Below are positions 28,625 through 37,991 of a DNA stretch of 64,000 nucleotides, one piece after another (positions within the stretch are counted from its first letter, which is position 1; each line of letters starts with the position of its first letter). A program made the translations under genes and the position numbers. The notes beneath the pieces were generated by a model, which made no database searches, was not told the DNA's origin, and saw only the letters and a program-made list of their open reading frames with translations. The DNA lies in contig JBASGW010000059.1 in the NCBI GenBank assembly GCA_049653745.1, positions 19,236 to 83,235 of the forward strand, written 5' to 3'. Source of the stretch: Rickettsiales bacterium. GTDB taxonomy: Bacteria > Pseudomonadota > Alphaproteobacteria > Rickettsiales > CANDYO01.

Positions 28625-29896
28625 TTATTCTATTATGCCTTCTAATCTTCTTACTTTAATACTGGTTAGTTGGTTGCTCTTTTTAGCTAAAATCGTAAAT
28701 TCAAATCCATTAAAGAATAATATTTCTTCAATTTCAGGAATTCTTTCTGCTTCATGAATAATAAAGCCAGCAATTGTGCTTGCTTCTCCATCATCAGGTA
28801 TGTTCCAATTAAGCATTCTATTTACATCTCTAATTGTAACATCTCCTTTCACAATACAGTTTTTATCATGGAGTATAATATTATTTTCTTTTTTATCATT
28901 TTTATCATGAATTTCACCAACAACTTCCTCTAAAATATCAGACAAAGTGATCATTCCTTGAATATCTCCATATTCATCAATAACTATTGCAAAGCGACTC
29001 TTTTTATTTTTAAATTCAACAAGCTGCTCATCTAAAGCTGTATTTTCATGAATAAATAAGGGATCAGATATTAAAAATTGGATATCAATTTTATCAGGAT
29101 TTTGTTCTGTTAGTAATACATTTAATAATTCTTTTGTATTCAAAATACCAATAATATTATCAGGATTATCTTTCCATACAGGAATTCTAGTATGACCAAT
29201 GTTTTTCACCTGAGCCAGAATTTCTTTTATATTTTGATTTAGATCAATGCTTAGCATGTTTTTGCGATGAGTCATAACTTTGCTAACATAGGTTTCACCT
29301 AGATAAAAAACTCCATCTAACATATATTTATCATGTTGGTCAACAGATCCTTGCTTATGGTGAAGATCTATAGTTCCTTTAATTTCTTCAGTTGGAGAAA
29401 CAAAATGACTATGCATAGAATCTTTTAACTTAAAAATATTAATAATAAATTCTACCACTTTATTAATTAGGCTTATAATAGGGCGGAAAAATATTACAGT
29501 TATTTTTAATAATTTAGCTAGAGCTAAAGAAACTCTTTCTGGATTAGCTATTGAATATGTTTTTGGTAAAATTTCAGCAAAAACAATAATTAATATGGTC
29601 ATAATACAAGTAGCATATATAACACCTTCATTTCCAAATACTTTAATTAAAAAAGCTGTGGCCATAGTTGAAGATAAAATATTACATAAATTATTTATAA
29701 AAAGAATTGTGCTTATTAAGCCTTCTTTATCTTCTTTTAATTCGCTAATTAAAGCAGCTTGTTTGCTGCCATCTTTTTTAAGTTTATGGATTTTTGCTGT
29801 TGATACAGCAGTTATAGCAGTTTCAGCAGCCGATAACAAACAAGATAGAATTAATGGAATGAAGACAGCTAGGAAAATACCGAATAATTCAAACAT
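28625..29896 (-). CDS. tlyC: HlyC/CorC (TlyC) family transporter: DUF21 (CNNM), CBS pair and CorC_HlyC domains
   Basis: AAETAITAVS, EILPKT, a CBS pair and a C-terminal transporter-associated domain. 423 aa. Confidence 0.85.
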   Translation of the reverse strand: MFELFGIFLAVFIPLILSCLLSAAETAITAVSTAKIHKLKKDGSKQAALISELKEDKEGLISTILFINNLCNILSSTMATAFLIKVFGNEGVIYATCIMTILIIVFAEILPKTYSIANPERVSLALAKLLKITVIFFRPIISLINKVVEFIINIFKLKDSMHSHFVSPTEEIKGTIDLHHKQGSVDQHDKYMLDGVFYLGETYVSKVMTHRKNMLSIDLNQNIKEILAQVKNIGHTRIPVWKDNPDNIIGILNTKELLNVLLTEQNPDKIDIQFLISDPLFIHENTALDEQLVEFKNKKSRFAIVIDEYGDIQGMITLSDILEEVVGEIHDKNDKKENNIILHDKNCIVKGDVTIRDVNRMLNWNIPDDGEASTIAGFIIHEAERIPEIEEILFFNGFEFTILAKKSNQLTSIKVRRLEGIIE

Positions 29897-29905
29897 AAGT
29901 ATAAA

Positions 29906-30676
29906 CTAATGATCCTGAATTCTAATTTTTATAGGGCCTTCTACTGAGCCATTAACAAATTGCTCAACATAAGGATTATTAGAGTTATGTAGCTTATCTA
30001 TAGGTCCGTCCCAAACAATTTTTCCTTCATAAAGCATAACAACTCTATCTGCAATGTGAGCAGCACTAATTAAATCGTGAGTAATAGTAATTGTGGTTGC
30101 ACCAAGCTGTTTAGAATTCTTTTTAATTAAATCATTAATAATGGCTGACATTATAGGATCAAGACCAGTGGTTGGTTCATCAAAAAATATAATTTCAGGG
30201 TTTAGCGCTATAGCTCTAGCTAACGCAGCTCTTTTTTGCATTCCACCTGAAAGTTCGGCTGGATAAAGATTTGCTACTGTTTCATTTAGTCCTACTGATT
30301 CTAATTTTTCAATCGCTAAATTTCTGGCTTCCTTTAAGGTAAGCATTTTAGTTTGGATTGGAACAAAAGAGATATTTTCCCAAATAGATAAACTGTCAAA
30401 TAATGCGCCATTTTGGAATAAATAGCCAAATTTTTTCAGCATTTCGCTTCTAGCTCTATCACTCAAAGAATTGGTTTCTTGCCCATCAATTAAGATGGAT
30501 CCAGAATCTGGAGATAAAAGTCCTACTATGTTTTTAATCAATACCGATTTACCAGTTCCAGAACCTCCAATTATAACTAAAGATTCCCCTTGCTTAACTT
30601 CAAGATTTAAATCAACTAGAACCCGTTTGCTACCGAATGATTTACATACGTCTTTTAAAATAATTTTATTTGTCAT
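29906..30676 (-). CDS. mlaF: Phospholipid (Mla) ABC transporter ATP-binding protein
   Basis: GGSGTGKSVLIK, FGYLFQNGALFDSLS, LSGGMQKRAALARAI and FFDEPTTGLDP. Directly follows mlaE with a 1-nt overlap. Confidence 0.85.
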   Translation of the reverse strand: MTNKIILKDVCKSFGSKRVLVDLNLEVKQGESLVIIGGSGTGKSVLIKNIVGLLSPDSGSILIDGQETNSLSDRARSEMLKKFGYLFQNGALFDSLSIWENISFVPIQTKMLTLKEARNLAIEKLESVGLNETVANLYPAELSGGMQKRAALARAIALNPEIIFFDEPTTGLDPIMSAIINDLIKKNSKQLGATTITITHDLISAAHIADRVVMLYEGKIVWDGPIDKLHNSNNPYVEQFVNGSVEGPIKIRIQDH

Positions 30677-31452
30677 TAGCTAAAAAACACCTTTGTTAAT
30701 ACATAATTAGAAAGTAAAATAAGAATTGACGATATAACCACGGCAGTAGTTGTGGCTTTACCAACTCCTTGAGCACCTTTTTCTGAATAATAACCGCTAT
30801 AACATCCAATAACTGAAATTATGAATCCAAAAACAGAAGCTTTTATTAGCCCAGAAGTGACATCAGAAGATTCTAAAAATTGAAAAGTATTTTGTAAGTA
30901 AATTTCAGAACTAAACCCTAGGGTTTTTACAGAAATTAAGTATCCACCTAAAACTCCTATTATGTCTGCTACTAACACCAAGCATGGCATCATAATTACT
31001 GAAGCTATTATTCTTGGAGTAACTAAATATTTAATAGGGTTAGTGGATAAAGTAACTAGGGCATCGATTTGGTCAGTTATTCTCATTGTTCCAATTTCTG
31101 CAGCCATTGACGCTCCAACTCTTCCTGAAACCATTAAACCTGCTAAAACAGGACCTAATTCTCTAGTAATAGAAAGAACAACCACGGTTGCTATAGCGCT
31201 CTCAGCAGAAAATCTAGAGAATCCATTATAACTTTGTAGGGCTAAAACAGCTCCAGTAAAAATAGCTGTTAGGCCAACTACGGGAAGTGAGTAATAACCA
31301 ATTTCTAACATTTGGTTGGTAATAGATTTTAAATATAATGGTCGTCTAAAAATGCCACTAATTGCTGAAAAGCAGAAAATAGATAGTTTTCCAGTGAAAT
31401 TAAGAAAATTTAAAACCACTCTTCCGATATTTGCTAAGAAATTTTTCATCAT
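30676..31452 (-). CDS. mlaE: Phospholipid (Mla) ABC transporter permease
   Basis: 258 aa with MlaE-type motifs ITRELGPVLAGLMVSGRVGASMAAEIGTMRITDQIDAL. Confidence 0.9.
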   Translation of the reverse strand: MMKNFLANIGRVVLNFLNFTGKLSIFCFSAISGIFRRPLYLKSITNQMLEIGYYSLPVVGLTAIFTGAVLALQSYNGFSRFSAESAIATVVVLSITRELGPVLAGLMVSGRVGASMAAEIGTMRITDQIDALVTLSTNPIKYLVTPRIIASVIMMPCLVLVADIIGVLGGYLISVKTLGFSSEIYLQNTFQFLESSDVTSGLIKASVFGFIISVIGCYSGYYSEKGAQGVGKATTTAVVISSILILLSNYVLTKVFFS

Positions 31453-32726
31453 TATTCTTCTTTAAATTTTTTATTAACAAAAGCTATAAAAGCGATTATC
31501 ACACATATAGCTATTATAATAACTAAAATTGAAAAAGCTTCAACAAACTCTTTCAATGAATATATTCTTAAACCTTTTGCATCTAGTTTGTCTTGCCAAG
31601 AATAATCAAGGTAAGATCCTACTAATTGTTGCATTAAAGCTCCGCTCATCATATTAAAAGTATTGACTACTCCAATTGTTAAACCTGAGTTTTGAGGCTT
31701 AGTATACTGTAAAGCAGCAGTAAAACAAAGCATTTCTGCACCACAAAAACATCCAATCAAAAGCAATAAAATTATCAAACTTCCAATATTTAAGCTGTTA
31801 CTATAAATAATAGTTGAAAATAATATTAACAGAATAAGAGATGAAGTTACAATAATTTTATCTAAAATATGTTTTTTTTCTGCAATATAAGGCAATAATA
31901 TGCTTCCAATAGCCATTCCTATATATAAATTCATTAAAATGGGGCTAGCCACTTCGCGAGTGAAATTAAATTTTGCAATTAAAAATGCTGTTCCCCATAA
32001 ATCTGCCATTACTAAAAGAGGGGTATATAATCCAATTGCAATTATTGAGTATGTTATAATTTTTTTGTTGGTTAGCACATCGAGTAAATCTTTTGTAATA
32101 GAAGATATTGTTTGCTCATGTTTATGAATATTTAGAGATTTTTTAGGTAAATATATAAAAGCTGCTAAAAAAATAACCACACCACAAAGAGCAAATATTA
32201 TAAAGGACTCCTGCCAGGTATCAAATTGGCGTAAAAGATAATTAAGGGGTTTACCGGTGATTAAAGCCCCTAGAGCTCCAAAAGTTAAAGTGGCTCCAAT
32301 AAGTATTCCTTGTTTTGAAGGTGGTAAATAATCTCTAGCTAGCTTTAAAGCTCCCATAAATGCTGATGCAGAGCCAATTCCAACAATAAATCTACTTAAA
32401 TATCCCAATAAAGGGGTGTGACTAAAAGCTAATAAAATTGTTCCAATTATACAAAGAGAAATAGAAAATAATGCAGTTTTGCGAACTCCCACGCGATCAA
32501 CTATAATTCCTATAGGAATTTGCATTAAAGAATATCCGTAATAATACATAGATCCCATTAAAGCAAAGCTTTCAGCGTTCATTCCAAATTCATGGCGAAT
32601 TTCTTCAATTAAAACACCTGGAGAGCTTCTTAGAACATATTGATATAGAAAAAAACTAGCTAAAATAAACCACGAAAGATAAATATCTTTTTTTGTTGGA
32701 TTTATTTGATTTATTTGAGATTTCAT
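31452..32726 (-). CDS. MFS transporter
   Basis: 424 aa with about 12 hydrophobic segments and the MFS loop motif GIIVDRVGVRKT. Its stop overlaps the mlaE start by 1 nt. Confidence 0.8.
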   Translation of the reverse strand: MKSQINQINPTKKDIYLSWFILASFFLYQYVLRSSPGVLIEEIRHEFGMNAESFALMGSMYYYGYSLMQIPIGIIVDRVGVRKTALFSISLCIIGTILLAFSHTPLLGYLSRFIVGIGSASAFMGALKLARDYLPPSKQGILIGATLTFGALGALITGKPLNYLLRQFDTWQESFIIFALCGVVIFLAAFIYLPKKSLNIHKHEQTISSITKDLLDVLTNKKIITYSIIAIGLYTPLLVMADLWGTAFLIAKFNFTREVASPILMNLYIGMAIGSILLPYIAEKKHILDKIIVTSSLILLILFSTIIYSNSLNIGSLIILLLLIGCFCGAEMLCFTAALQYTKPQNSGLTIGVVNTFNMMSGALMQQLVGSYLDYSWQDKLDAKGLRIYSLKEFVEAFSILVIIIAICVIIAFIAFVNKKFKEE

Positions 32727-32881
32727 AACTACTTAGGAATTTTTTTTAGGAACTTCAGTATTCTTAAAGGAATTGATGTATAAATCAAGAATAAAATTCT
32801 AGCTAACAATTTTCTGTAGTTTTATAAAAAAAATATTGCTAATATTAAAGCTTAAAGAATTATAAGTGAAAAGATTTTTTT

Positions 32882-33269
32882 ATGTCTGATAACCAAGTTA
32901 GTGATAGGCCTGCTAAATTAGTTTCTTCTAAAAGTGATTCTGAATTATCTAATAGAATAAAAGGAGCCTTTTCTTATCTAAAAAAATCTAACTCTTTTAG
33001 CTCTCCATTAAAAGACATATCTATATCTTCGGGTGATTCTTCTAAGAGTGCATCTATTGACTCTTCTAAATCAAATTTTTCTGAAAATAATACCCCCCCC
33101 TAGAGAATCTCCTAAATTAACCACTAAATCTATGAGAAAAGCTTTAGTAGTAGCCAGTAAAAAAATTGAAAGTAAAGCTAAGCCTCTATCTAATATTGTA
33201 AGCTATGCATCTTATGCTGTTAGCAGCTCTATTCATAAGCCGAATGAAAAATATACTGGAAGAGAATAG
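32882..33269 (+). pseudogene. Ser-rich small protein gene split by a frameshift at a C8 homopolymer (pseudogene, phase-variable gene or +1 recoding site)
   Basis: ORF 32882-33103 ends ...aat aat acc ccc ccc tag. The C8 tract is 33093-33100. The overlapping +1 frame continues ...PPPRESPKLTTKSMRKAL... to 33269. Removing one C, or a +1 slip at CCC-TAG, gives one ORF of about 128 aa. Confidence 0.6.
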
Positions 33270-33292
33270 TTTGCTTCTAAATTTTAGCTAAA

Positions 33293-33964
33293 TTAATTCT
33301 TAGAATGATAGATTTTTTTGTCTCCGGTAATAATGTAATGAATTACATAAGAAATTTTGGTGATATAATCGCCAATTCTTTCTAAATTACGAATTGCCAA
33401 AACTATCTTTAAAAGATGCTTAGAGTTATGAGAGTTCTTTTGCATCTCTGCTTCTAATAGAGCCATTATATCGGTGTAATACTGATCTATTAAATGGTCT
33501 TGTTTGCTAACTTTTGTAGCAAGATTATCATCTAATTTATCATAAGCTGTTATAACGCTATCTAATAAATTTTCAATGGTTACTACCATATTTATAATTA
33601 ATTCTGATAGGGCAGGGTCTAAAGAAATTGGAAGATATTCAAATCTATAGCTAATTTTTTTAGATAAATCACCCATTCTTTCTAAAATAACAGCTAACTT
33701 TAAAGCAGCAATTACTTGGCGCAAGTCTATGGCCATTGGCTGTCTTAGGGCTATAACATGAATTGCTAACTTTTCAATTTCATCATCATAATGATTTATT
33801 TTTTTATCAGTTGTGTTTGCTAACTCAACAAAACTTTGATCTTGGTTTTTTATTGCTGTAGTTGCAATGCTAATTAGCTCTTTAACTAGATTAGCCATTT
33901 TCACTACTGAATGACGAAGTTCGTTTAGTTCGGTATCGTATGAATTTACTATATGATTGGTCAT
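33293..33964 (-). CDS. phoU: Phosphate signalling complex protein PhoU
   Basis: Two PhoU repeats with ERMGDLSKKI and ERIGDYITKI (E-R-x-G-D motifs). Confidence 0.9.
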   Translation of the reverse strand: MTNHIVNSYDTELNELRHSVVKMANLVKELISIATTAIKNQDQSFVELANTTDKKINHYDDEIEKLAIHVIALRQPMAIDLRQVIAALKLAVILERMGDLSKKISYRFEYLPISLDPALSELIINMVVTIENLLDSVITAYDKLDDNLATKVSKQDHLIDQYYTDIMALLEAEMQKNSHNSKHLLKIVLAIRNLERIGDYITKISYVIHYIITGDKKIYHSKN

Positions 33965-34048
33965 TTAAGATGTCGCATAATTATTAATTTAAAAGAATTA
34001 TACTATATGAAAAAATTTATGCAATTACTTAGAGGTGTAATTTCTAAA

Positions 34049-34091
34049 GTTCTCGTTGTACTTTATTAAAAGTTACTATACCAACGAGAAC
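34049..34091 (-). terminator. 10-bp perfect inverted repeat downstream of rplY (possible terminator, long loop)
   Basis: GTTCTCGTTG (34049-34058) and CAACGAGAAC (34082-34091) with a 23-nt loop. On the minus strand it is followed by TTTAGAAATT. Confidence 0.35.
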
Positions 34092-34123
34092 AATTAGAAA
34101 TTTAAAAGCTATTTTATTTAAGC

Positions 34124-34726
34124 TTAAGAAGATTTTTCAGCGTCTGCTGATTCTTCAGATGATGATTTTACTGCAACTAAAGCTACAATCGTAGTGTCTA
34201 GATCCATTTTAGTTTCAATGCCTTCAGGAAGCTTTACATCGCTCAAGTGAATGCTTTGTCCAGAAACTAAATGTTCTATATCAATTTCAATGCATTCAGG
34301 AATGTTATCTGGTAAGCAACATATTTCTAAATTATGGCGAGTAATATTTAAGATACCACCTGCTTTTATACCAACACATTTAGATTCATTGATAAAATGC
34401 AATGTAACATTGACGGTAATTTTTTCATTTAAATCTACATGAATAAAATCCATATGTTCGATTTCATCAGTTACTGGATGAAGTTGTATAGCTTTTGGTA
34501 AAACTCTATACTTAGTATTACCCACCTTGATATCAAACATATGAGACAAGAAACCTTGTTTGCGATATTCTAAGGTAAGCTCTTTGTAAGGAAGAGCAAT
34601 TAAAACTTGTTCTTTGCCGCCACCATAGATGATTGCTGGAACCATATTGTTCATTCTTACAGCTCTTGCGCCACCAGTTCCAACGCGCAATCTTTCTTGT
34701 GCATCAAGTGAGTGAATTTTTGACAT
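34124..34726 (-). CDS. rplY: 50S ribosomal protein L25 / general stress protein Ctc
   Basis: RVGTGGARAVRMNNMVPAIIYGGGKEQV...LHPVTDEIEHMDF. The likely start is MSKIHSL (ATG rc at 34724-34726), preceded by AGGAAAG. The track ORF extends 20 codons further upstream. Confidence 0.9.
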   Translation of the reverse strand: MSKIHSLDAQERLRVGTGGARAVRMNNMVPAIIYGGGKEQVLIALPYKELTLEYRKQGFLSHMFDIKVGNTKYRVLPKAIQLHPVTDEIEHMDFIHVDLNEKITVNVTLHFINESKCVGIKAGGILNITRHNLEICCLPDNIPECIEIDIEHLVSGQSIHLSDVKLPEGIETKMDLDTTIVALVAVKSSSEESADAEKSS

Positions 34727-34797
34727 TTTCTTCTTTCCTATTTTGTTTATCGGCTTTATATTACATAAAGTTAACTTGAGAGTCAATAAAATATCAT

Positions 34798-35361
34798 ATG
34801 AATCATAAAATTATTGTTGGAATAGATGAGGCGGGAAGGGGGCCATTAGCTGGTCCTGTAGTTGCGGCTGCAGTAATAATGCCCATTACAATAGAAGAAG
34901 TGAAAGATTCTAAAAAGTTATCCGCAATTAAAAGAGAAAAATTATTTGAACAAATTATAAAACTAAGTAAGTATGGAATAGGTATTGCCTCGGTTGAAGA
35001 AGTGGATGAAATTAATATTTTGCAAGCTACAATGCTTGCAATGAAAAGATCTTATGAGCAGTTGAATCTTATAGCTGATTTAGTTTTAATTGACGGAAAT
35101 AAAGCTCCAAAGTTAAATTGTATAGATTTTCAAACAATAATAAAAGGAGATGATTTAGTTCCGATTATTTCCACTGCCTCAATTCTTGCAAAAGTCACTA
35201 GAGACAGGTTGATGAATGAATTAGATAAAGAATATCCACAATATTTATGGTCTAAAAATTCTGGTTATGGAACCAAAGAACATTTAGAGGCTATCAAAAA
35301 ATATGGCATCACTAAACATCATCGATTAACTTTTGCTCCAATTAAAAACTGTTTAACTTAG
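34798..35361 (+). CDS. rnhB: Ribonuclease HII
   Basis: VGIDEAGRGPLAGPVVAAAV, DSKKLS and SKNSGYGTKEHLEAIKKYG. Confidence 0.95.
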   Translation: MNHKIIVGIDEAGRGPLAGPVVAAAVIMPITIEEVKDSKKLSAIKREKLFEQIIKLSKYGIGIASVEEVDEINILQATMLAMKRSYEQLNLIADLVLIDGNKAPKLNCIDFQTIIKGDDLVPIISTASILAKVTRDRLMNELDKEYPQYLWSKNSGYGTKEHLEAIKKYGITKHHRLTFAPIKNCLT

Positions 35362-35362
35362 C

Positions 35363-36145
35363 TTAAAAGGGAGAAACTTCGATATTATTTACATTATTTT
35401 TTATGGATAAATAATGATTAACCGGAAGTTCGCACCATTCATTCACATGGTCATCTAAAGGCTCTGATGCTATTATAAATGATTTGTCATTCCTTTTTAA
35501 ATAACTAAGCGATAATATTTTACTGTCTTTGCTGGAAAACCTAGTAGCTATCATTTCTTTGCCATTAGTAATAACTATATTAAGACGAGAAGAATCTGCT
35601 TCATCTTGAGCATTATTTATCCATTCAAAAGCCTTTTTAATAGCTTCTGCAAGAGGCATTCCAGAGCCAGAATGAACATATTCCATAATTAAAAAGAATA
35701 AACATTCAGAATCGGTATTACCTTTTATTGATAGAAAAAATTCATCAGATAATTGCTCCATTAGTGAGCGTCTTATTTTATTAAAATTATCTATTGTTCC
35801 GTTATGAACCATTGTATATTCTTTATAAAAAAATGGATGACAATTTCTATTACTAACATCACCAATGGTTGATGCTCTAATGTGACCCATAAAACATTTA
35901 GATTCTATAGTTTTAGAAAGACTTATTAAATTACTATCATTCCATGCTGGTTGAATTGATTTAAAAATAGCGGGTTCGTTATTTACTTTGAAGTTATACC
36001 AAGCCATTCCAAAACCATCAGCGTTAACTCTGTGTTGATCATTATGTGCACTTTTGCTTTGTTTAACTAATGAATTTTTAGGATTAACTAAAAGATTAGC
36101 TATCAAGAGAGCTTCTTCCCCAATATATGCAACAAATCTACACAT
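35363..36145 (-). CDS. Class II (Ntn, N-terminal Cys) glutamine amidotransferase, EgtC/YafJ-like
   Basis: The true start is most likely MCRFVAYIGEE (ATG rc 36143-36145), giving the obligatory Met-Cys N-terminus. Motifs NADGFGMAWY, PAWNDSNL, GHIRASTIG..NRNCHPF, VHNGTI and GNTDSE. The start overlaps the stop of the upstream ATP-grasp gene (TAATG). Confidence 0.8.
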   Translation of the reverse strand: MCRFVAYIGEEALLIANLLVNPKNSLVKQSKSAHNDQHRVNADGFGMAWYNFKVNNEPAIFKSIQPAWNDSNLISLSKTIESKCFMGHIRASTIGDVSNRNCHPFFYKEYTMVHNGTIDNFNKIRRSLMEQLSDEFFLSIKGNTDSECLFFLIMEYVHSGSGMPLAEAIKKAFEWINNAQDEADSSRLNIVITNGKEMIATRFSSKDSKILSLSYLKRNDKSFIIASEPLDDHVNEWCELPVNHYLSIKNNVNNIEVSPF

Positions 36146-37062
36146 TAAAATGACTCCAAATTTAATCCAAGCCTTACACAAATAAAATCTAAAATACTTT
36201 CTGCTATATTTTTACCCATAACTTTCTCCATCCCAATGAATCCAGGGGCTGAATTTGCTTCACAAATCTTAAATCCATCTTTATCAAATAATAAATCTAC
36301 ACCCGCAATATCTAATTTTAATAGCTTTGCAGTTTCTAGAGCTAGCCATTCTATTTCTGGCGTAAGCGGATAAGTATTAACTTCTGCCCCTTTTGAAAAA
36401 TTAGCCTTAAAACTATTTTGTGAGGATCTATGCATACAACCAATTACTTTTCCTCCAACTACAAACACTCTTAAATCTTGACCTTTACTTTCTGATATAA
36501 ATTCTTGGAGAATTATATTAGCTTTATTATTATTAGTATAAATTAGTTCCATTATATCTATGAATTTATCTTCAGATTCACATAAATATATACCCTGACC
36601 CTGGGTTCCAGATACATTCTTAATTACTAAAGGAAATCCTATCTCTCTTTTTACAACATTAATATTTACAGGAAATTTAGCTAACATTGTATTAGGGGTG
36701 GCTAACTTGCTATTAGCTAGGCGTTGATGCATGTATAATTTATCTTTTACTGAATATATTGAGTCTGCATTATTACATATATAAATTCCCATATATTCTA
36801 ATTGTCTTAGTATAGAAAATGCATAGAAAGTTGTGTGAGATCCCATTCTAGGTATAACAAAATCAGGCAAAGGAATAGGTTCATCATCCACTAATATAGA
36901 TGTGTTACTTTTATTTGTAACAATTAATTCAAATTGCTCTGGAGCAATTACTTTTAATTTTATATTTCTAGATTTAGCAGCTTCTAGTAATCTTAAAACG
37001 CTATAATCCTCTTGCGTTAATAATTCCTCCCTTCTGGGAAATAATATTATACCTGTAATCAC
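36145..37062 (-). CDS. RimK-family ATP-grasp alpha-L-glutamate ligase
   Basis: Colinear with E. coli RimK as I recall it: DFVIPRMGSHTTFYAFSILRQLEYMG, KDKLYMHQRLA, FPLVIKNVSGTQGQGIYL, ILQEFISESKGQDLRVFVVGG, FKANFSKGA and IAGVDLLF...ICEANSAPG. Confidence 0.85.
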   Translation of the reverse strand: MITGIILFPRREELLTQEDYSVLRLLEAAKSRNIKLKVIAPEQFELIVTNKSNTSILVDDEPIPLPDFVIPRMGSHTTFYAFSILRQLEYMGIYICNNADSIYSVKDKLYMHQRLANSKLATPNTMLAKFPVNINVVKREIGFPLVIKNVSGTQGQGIYLCESEDKFIDIMELIYTNNNKANIILQEFISESKGQDLRVFVVGGKVIGCMHRSSQNSFKANFSKGAEVNTYPLTPEIEWLALETAKLLKLDIAGVDLLFDKDGFKICEANSAPGFIGMEKVMGKNIAESILDFICVRLGLNLESF

Positions 37063-37305
37063 AAAACACTCACTATAAGAAAATGAAAAACTAAATAACC
37101 ATAAAAAAATTGAATAAACATAGGTCTATTTCAAATATTGAAAATATATAAAAGTCATTGATTTGTATAATAATATCTATGCTATATCAAAAAATATTTT
37201 TTATAGATATAAAACTCATGAAATATAGAACTTGTATTTTAAGTGAATAGGGGTGGAAGTAACTGTAGAATTTCTTAATAGCAATCTGTTTTTTCATATA
37301 AAAAA

Positions 37306-37881
37306 TTAAAGAGCCCTTTCATTTTTAGATTTGCTTCCAACGCCATAGTGATTAAGCACTTTATTTGTTTCACTTTTACTTAAACGTTCTTCAATGCCTA
37401 AGAATTTTCTTCTCATTTGATCAATAGAATTTCTATTTTCGATTATATGTTTATGAATTTCTTCTCCATTTTTTAGTGTTTTTAGATCTGATAAAGTTAT
37501 ATGATTTTTATTAGTCTCTCTTGTTTTCAAAGTTTCTACTAAATTTTGCGCTGCCTTTTGATGTTCAGCTTCTTGTTGTTCTTTTTTATTTTGCATTGAT
37601 AAAATTTTTTCAACATCAGATTTAACACGTTTTGCTAATTCTTCAGCATAATGTTTTTCAAGGTTATTAAGTTTTTCTTTATAGTCTGTTTTTTCTTTTT
37701 CAGAAAGATTTCCTAGGAATTCTGAATTATTACCCTCTCTCATAACTAGTAATTCATCTGAAGGGTAAAGTTTGTCGCTTAATTTTCTTTTATTCTGAGA
37801 TTCAACCATAATTTCCCAGGCTAGAAGATCTTGAGCCATTTTTTCTTCTTGTTCTTTATTTTTAGACATATTTTCTCTCAT
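37306..37881 (-). CDS. Hypothetical charged coiled-coil protein
   Basis: 191 aa, K/E/Q-rich, no TM or signal peptide. No family recognised. Confidence 0.45.
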   Translation of the reverse strand: MRENMSKNKEQEEKMAQDLLAWEIMVESQNKRKLSDKLYPSDELLVMREGNNSEFLGNLSEKEKTDYKEKLNNLEKHYAEELAKRVKSDVEKILSMQNKKEQQEAEHQKAAQNLVETLKTRETNKNHITLSDLKTLKNGEEIHKHIIENRNSIDQMRRKFLGIEERLSKSETNKVLNHYGVGSKSKNERAL

Positions 37882-37991
37882 TTTTTAAGTTTTAAGTTTA
37901 TTATATATATATTCAACCTTTAATAAATATCTCTTTTATTATTATTAATTGACGCAATTTTATAGTTATGTTATTGATCTGGTTATATATA

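Noticed and set aside
34727-36181. N-terminal extensions of rplY (to 34786) and of the class II amidotransferase (to 36181).
   Set aside because: L25 homology starts at MSKIHSL, which has a good SD. Ntn amidotransferases need Cys at position 2, which only the internal MCRF start provides, and that start overlaps the upstream stop.
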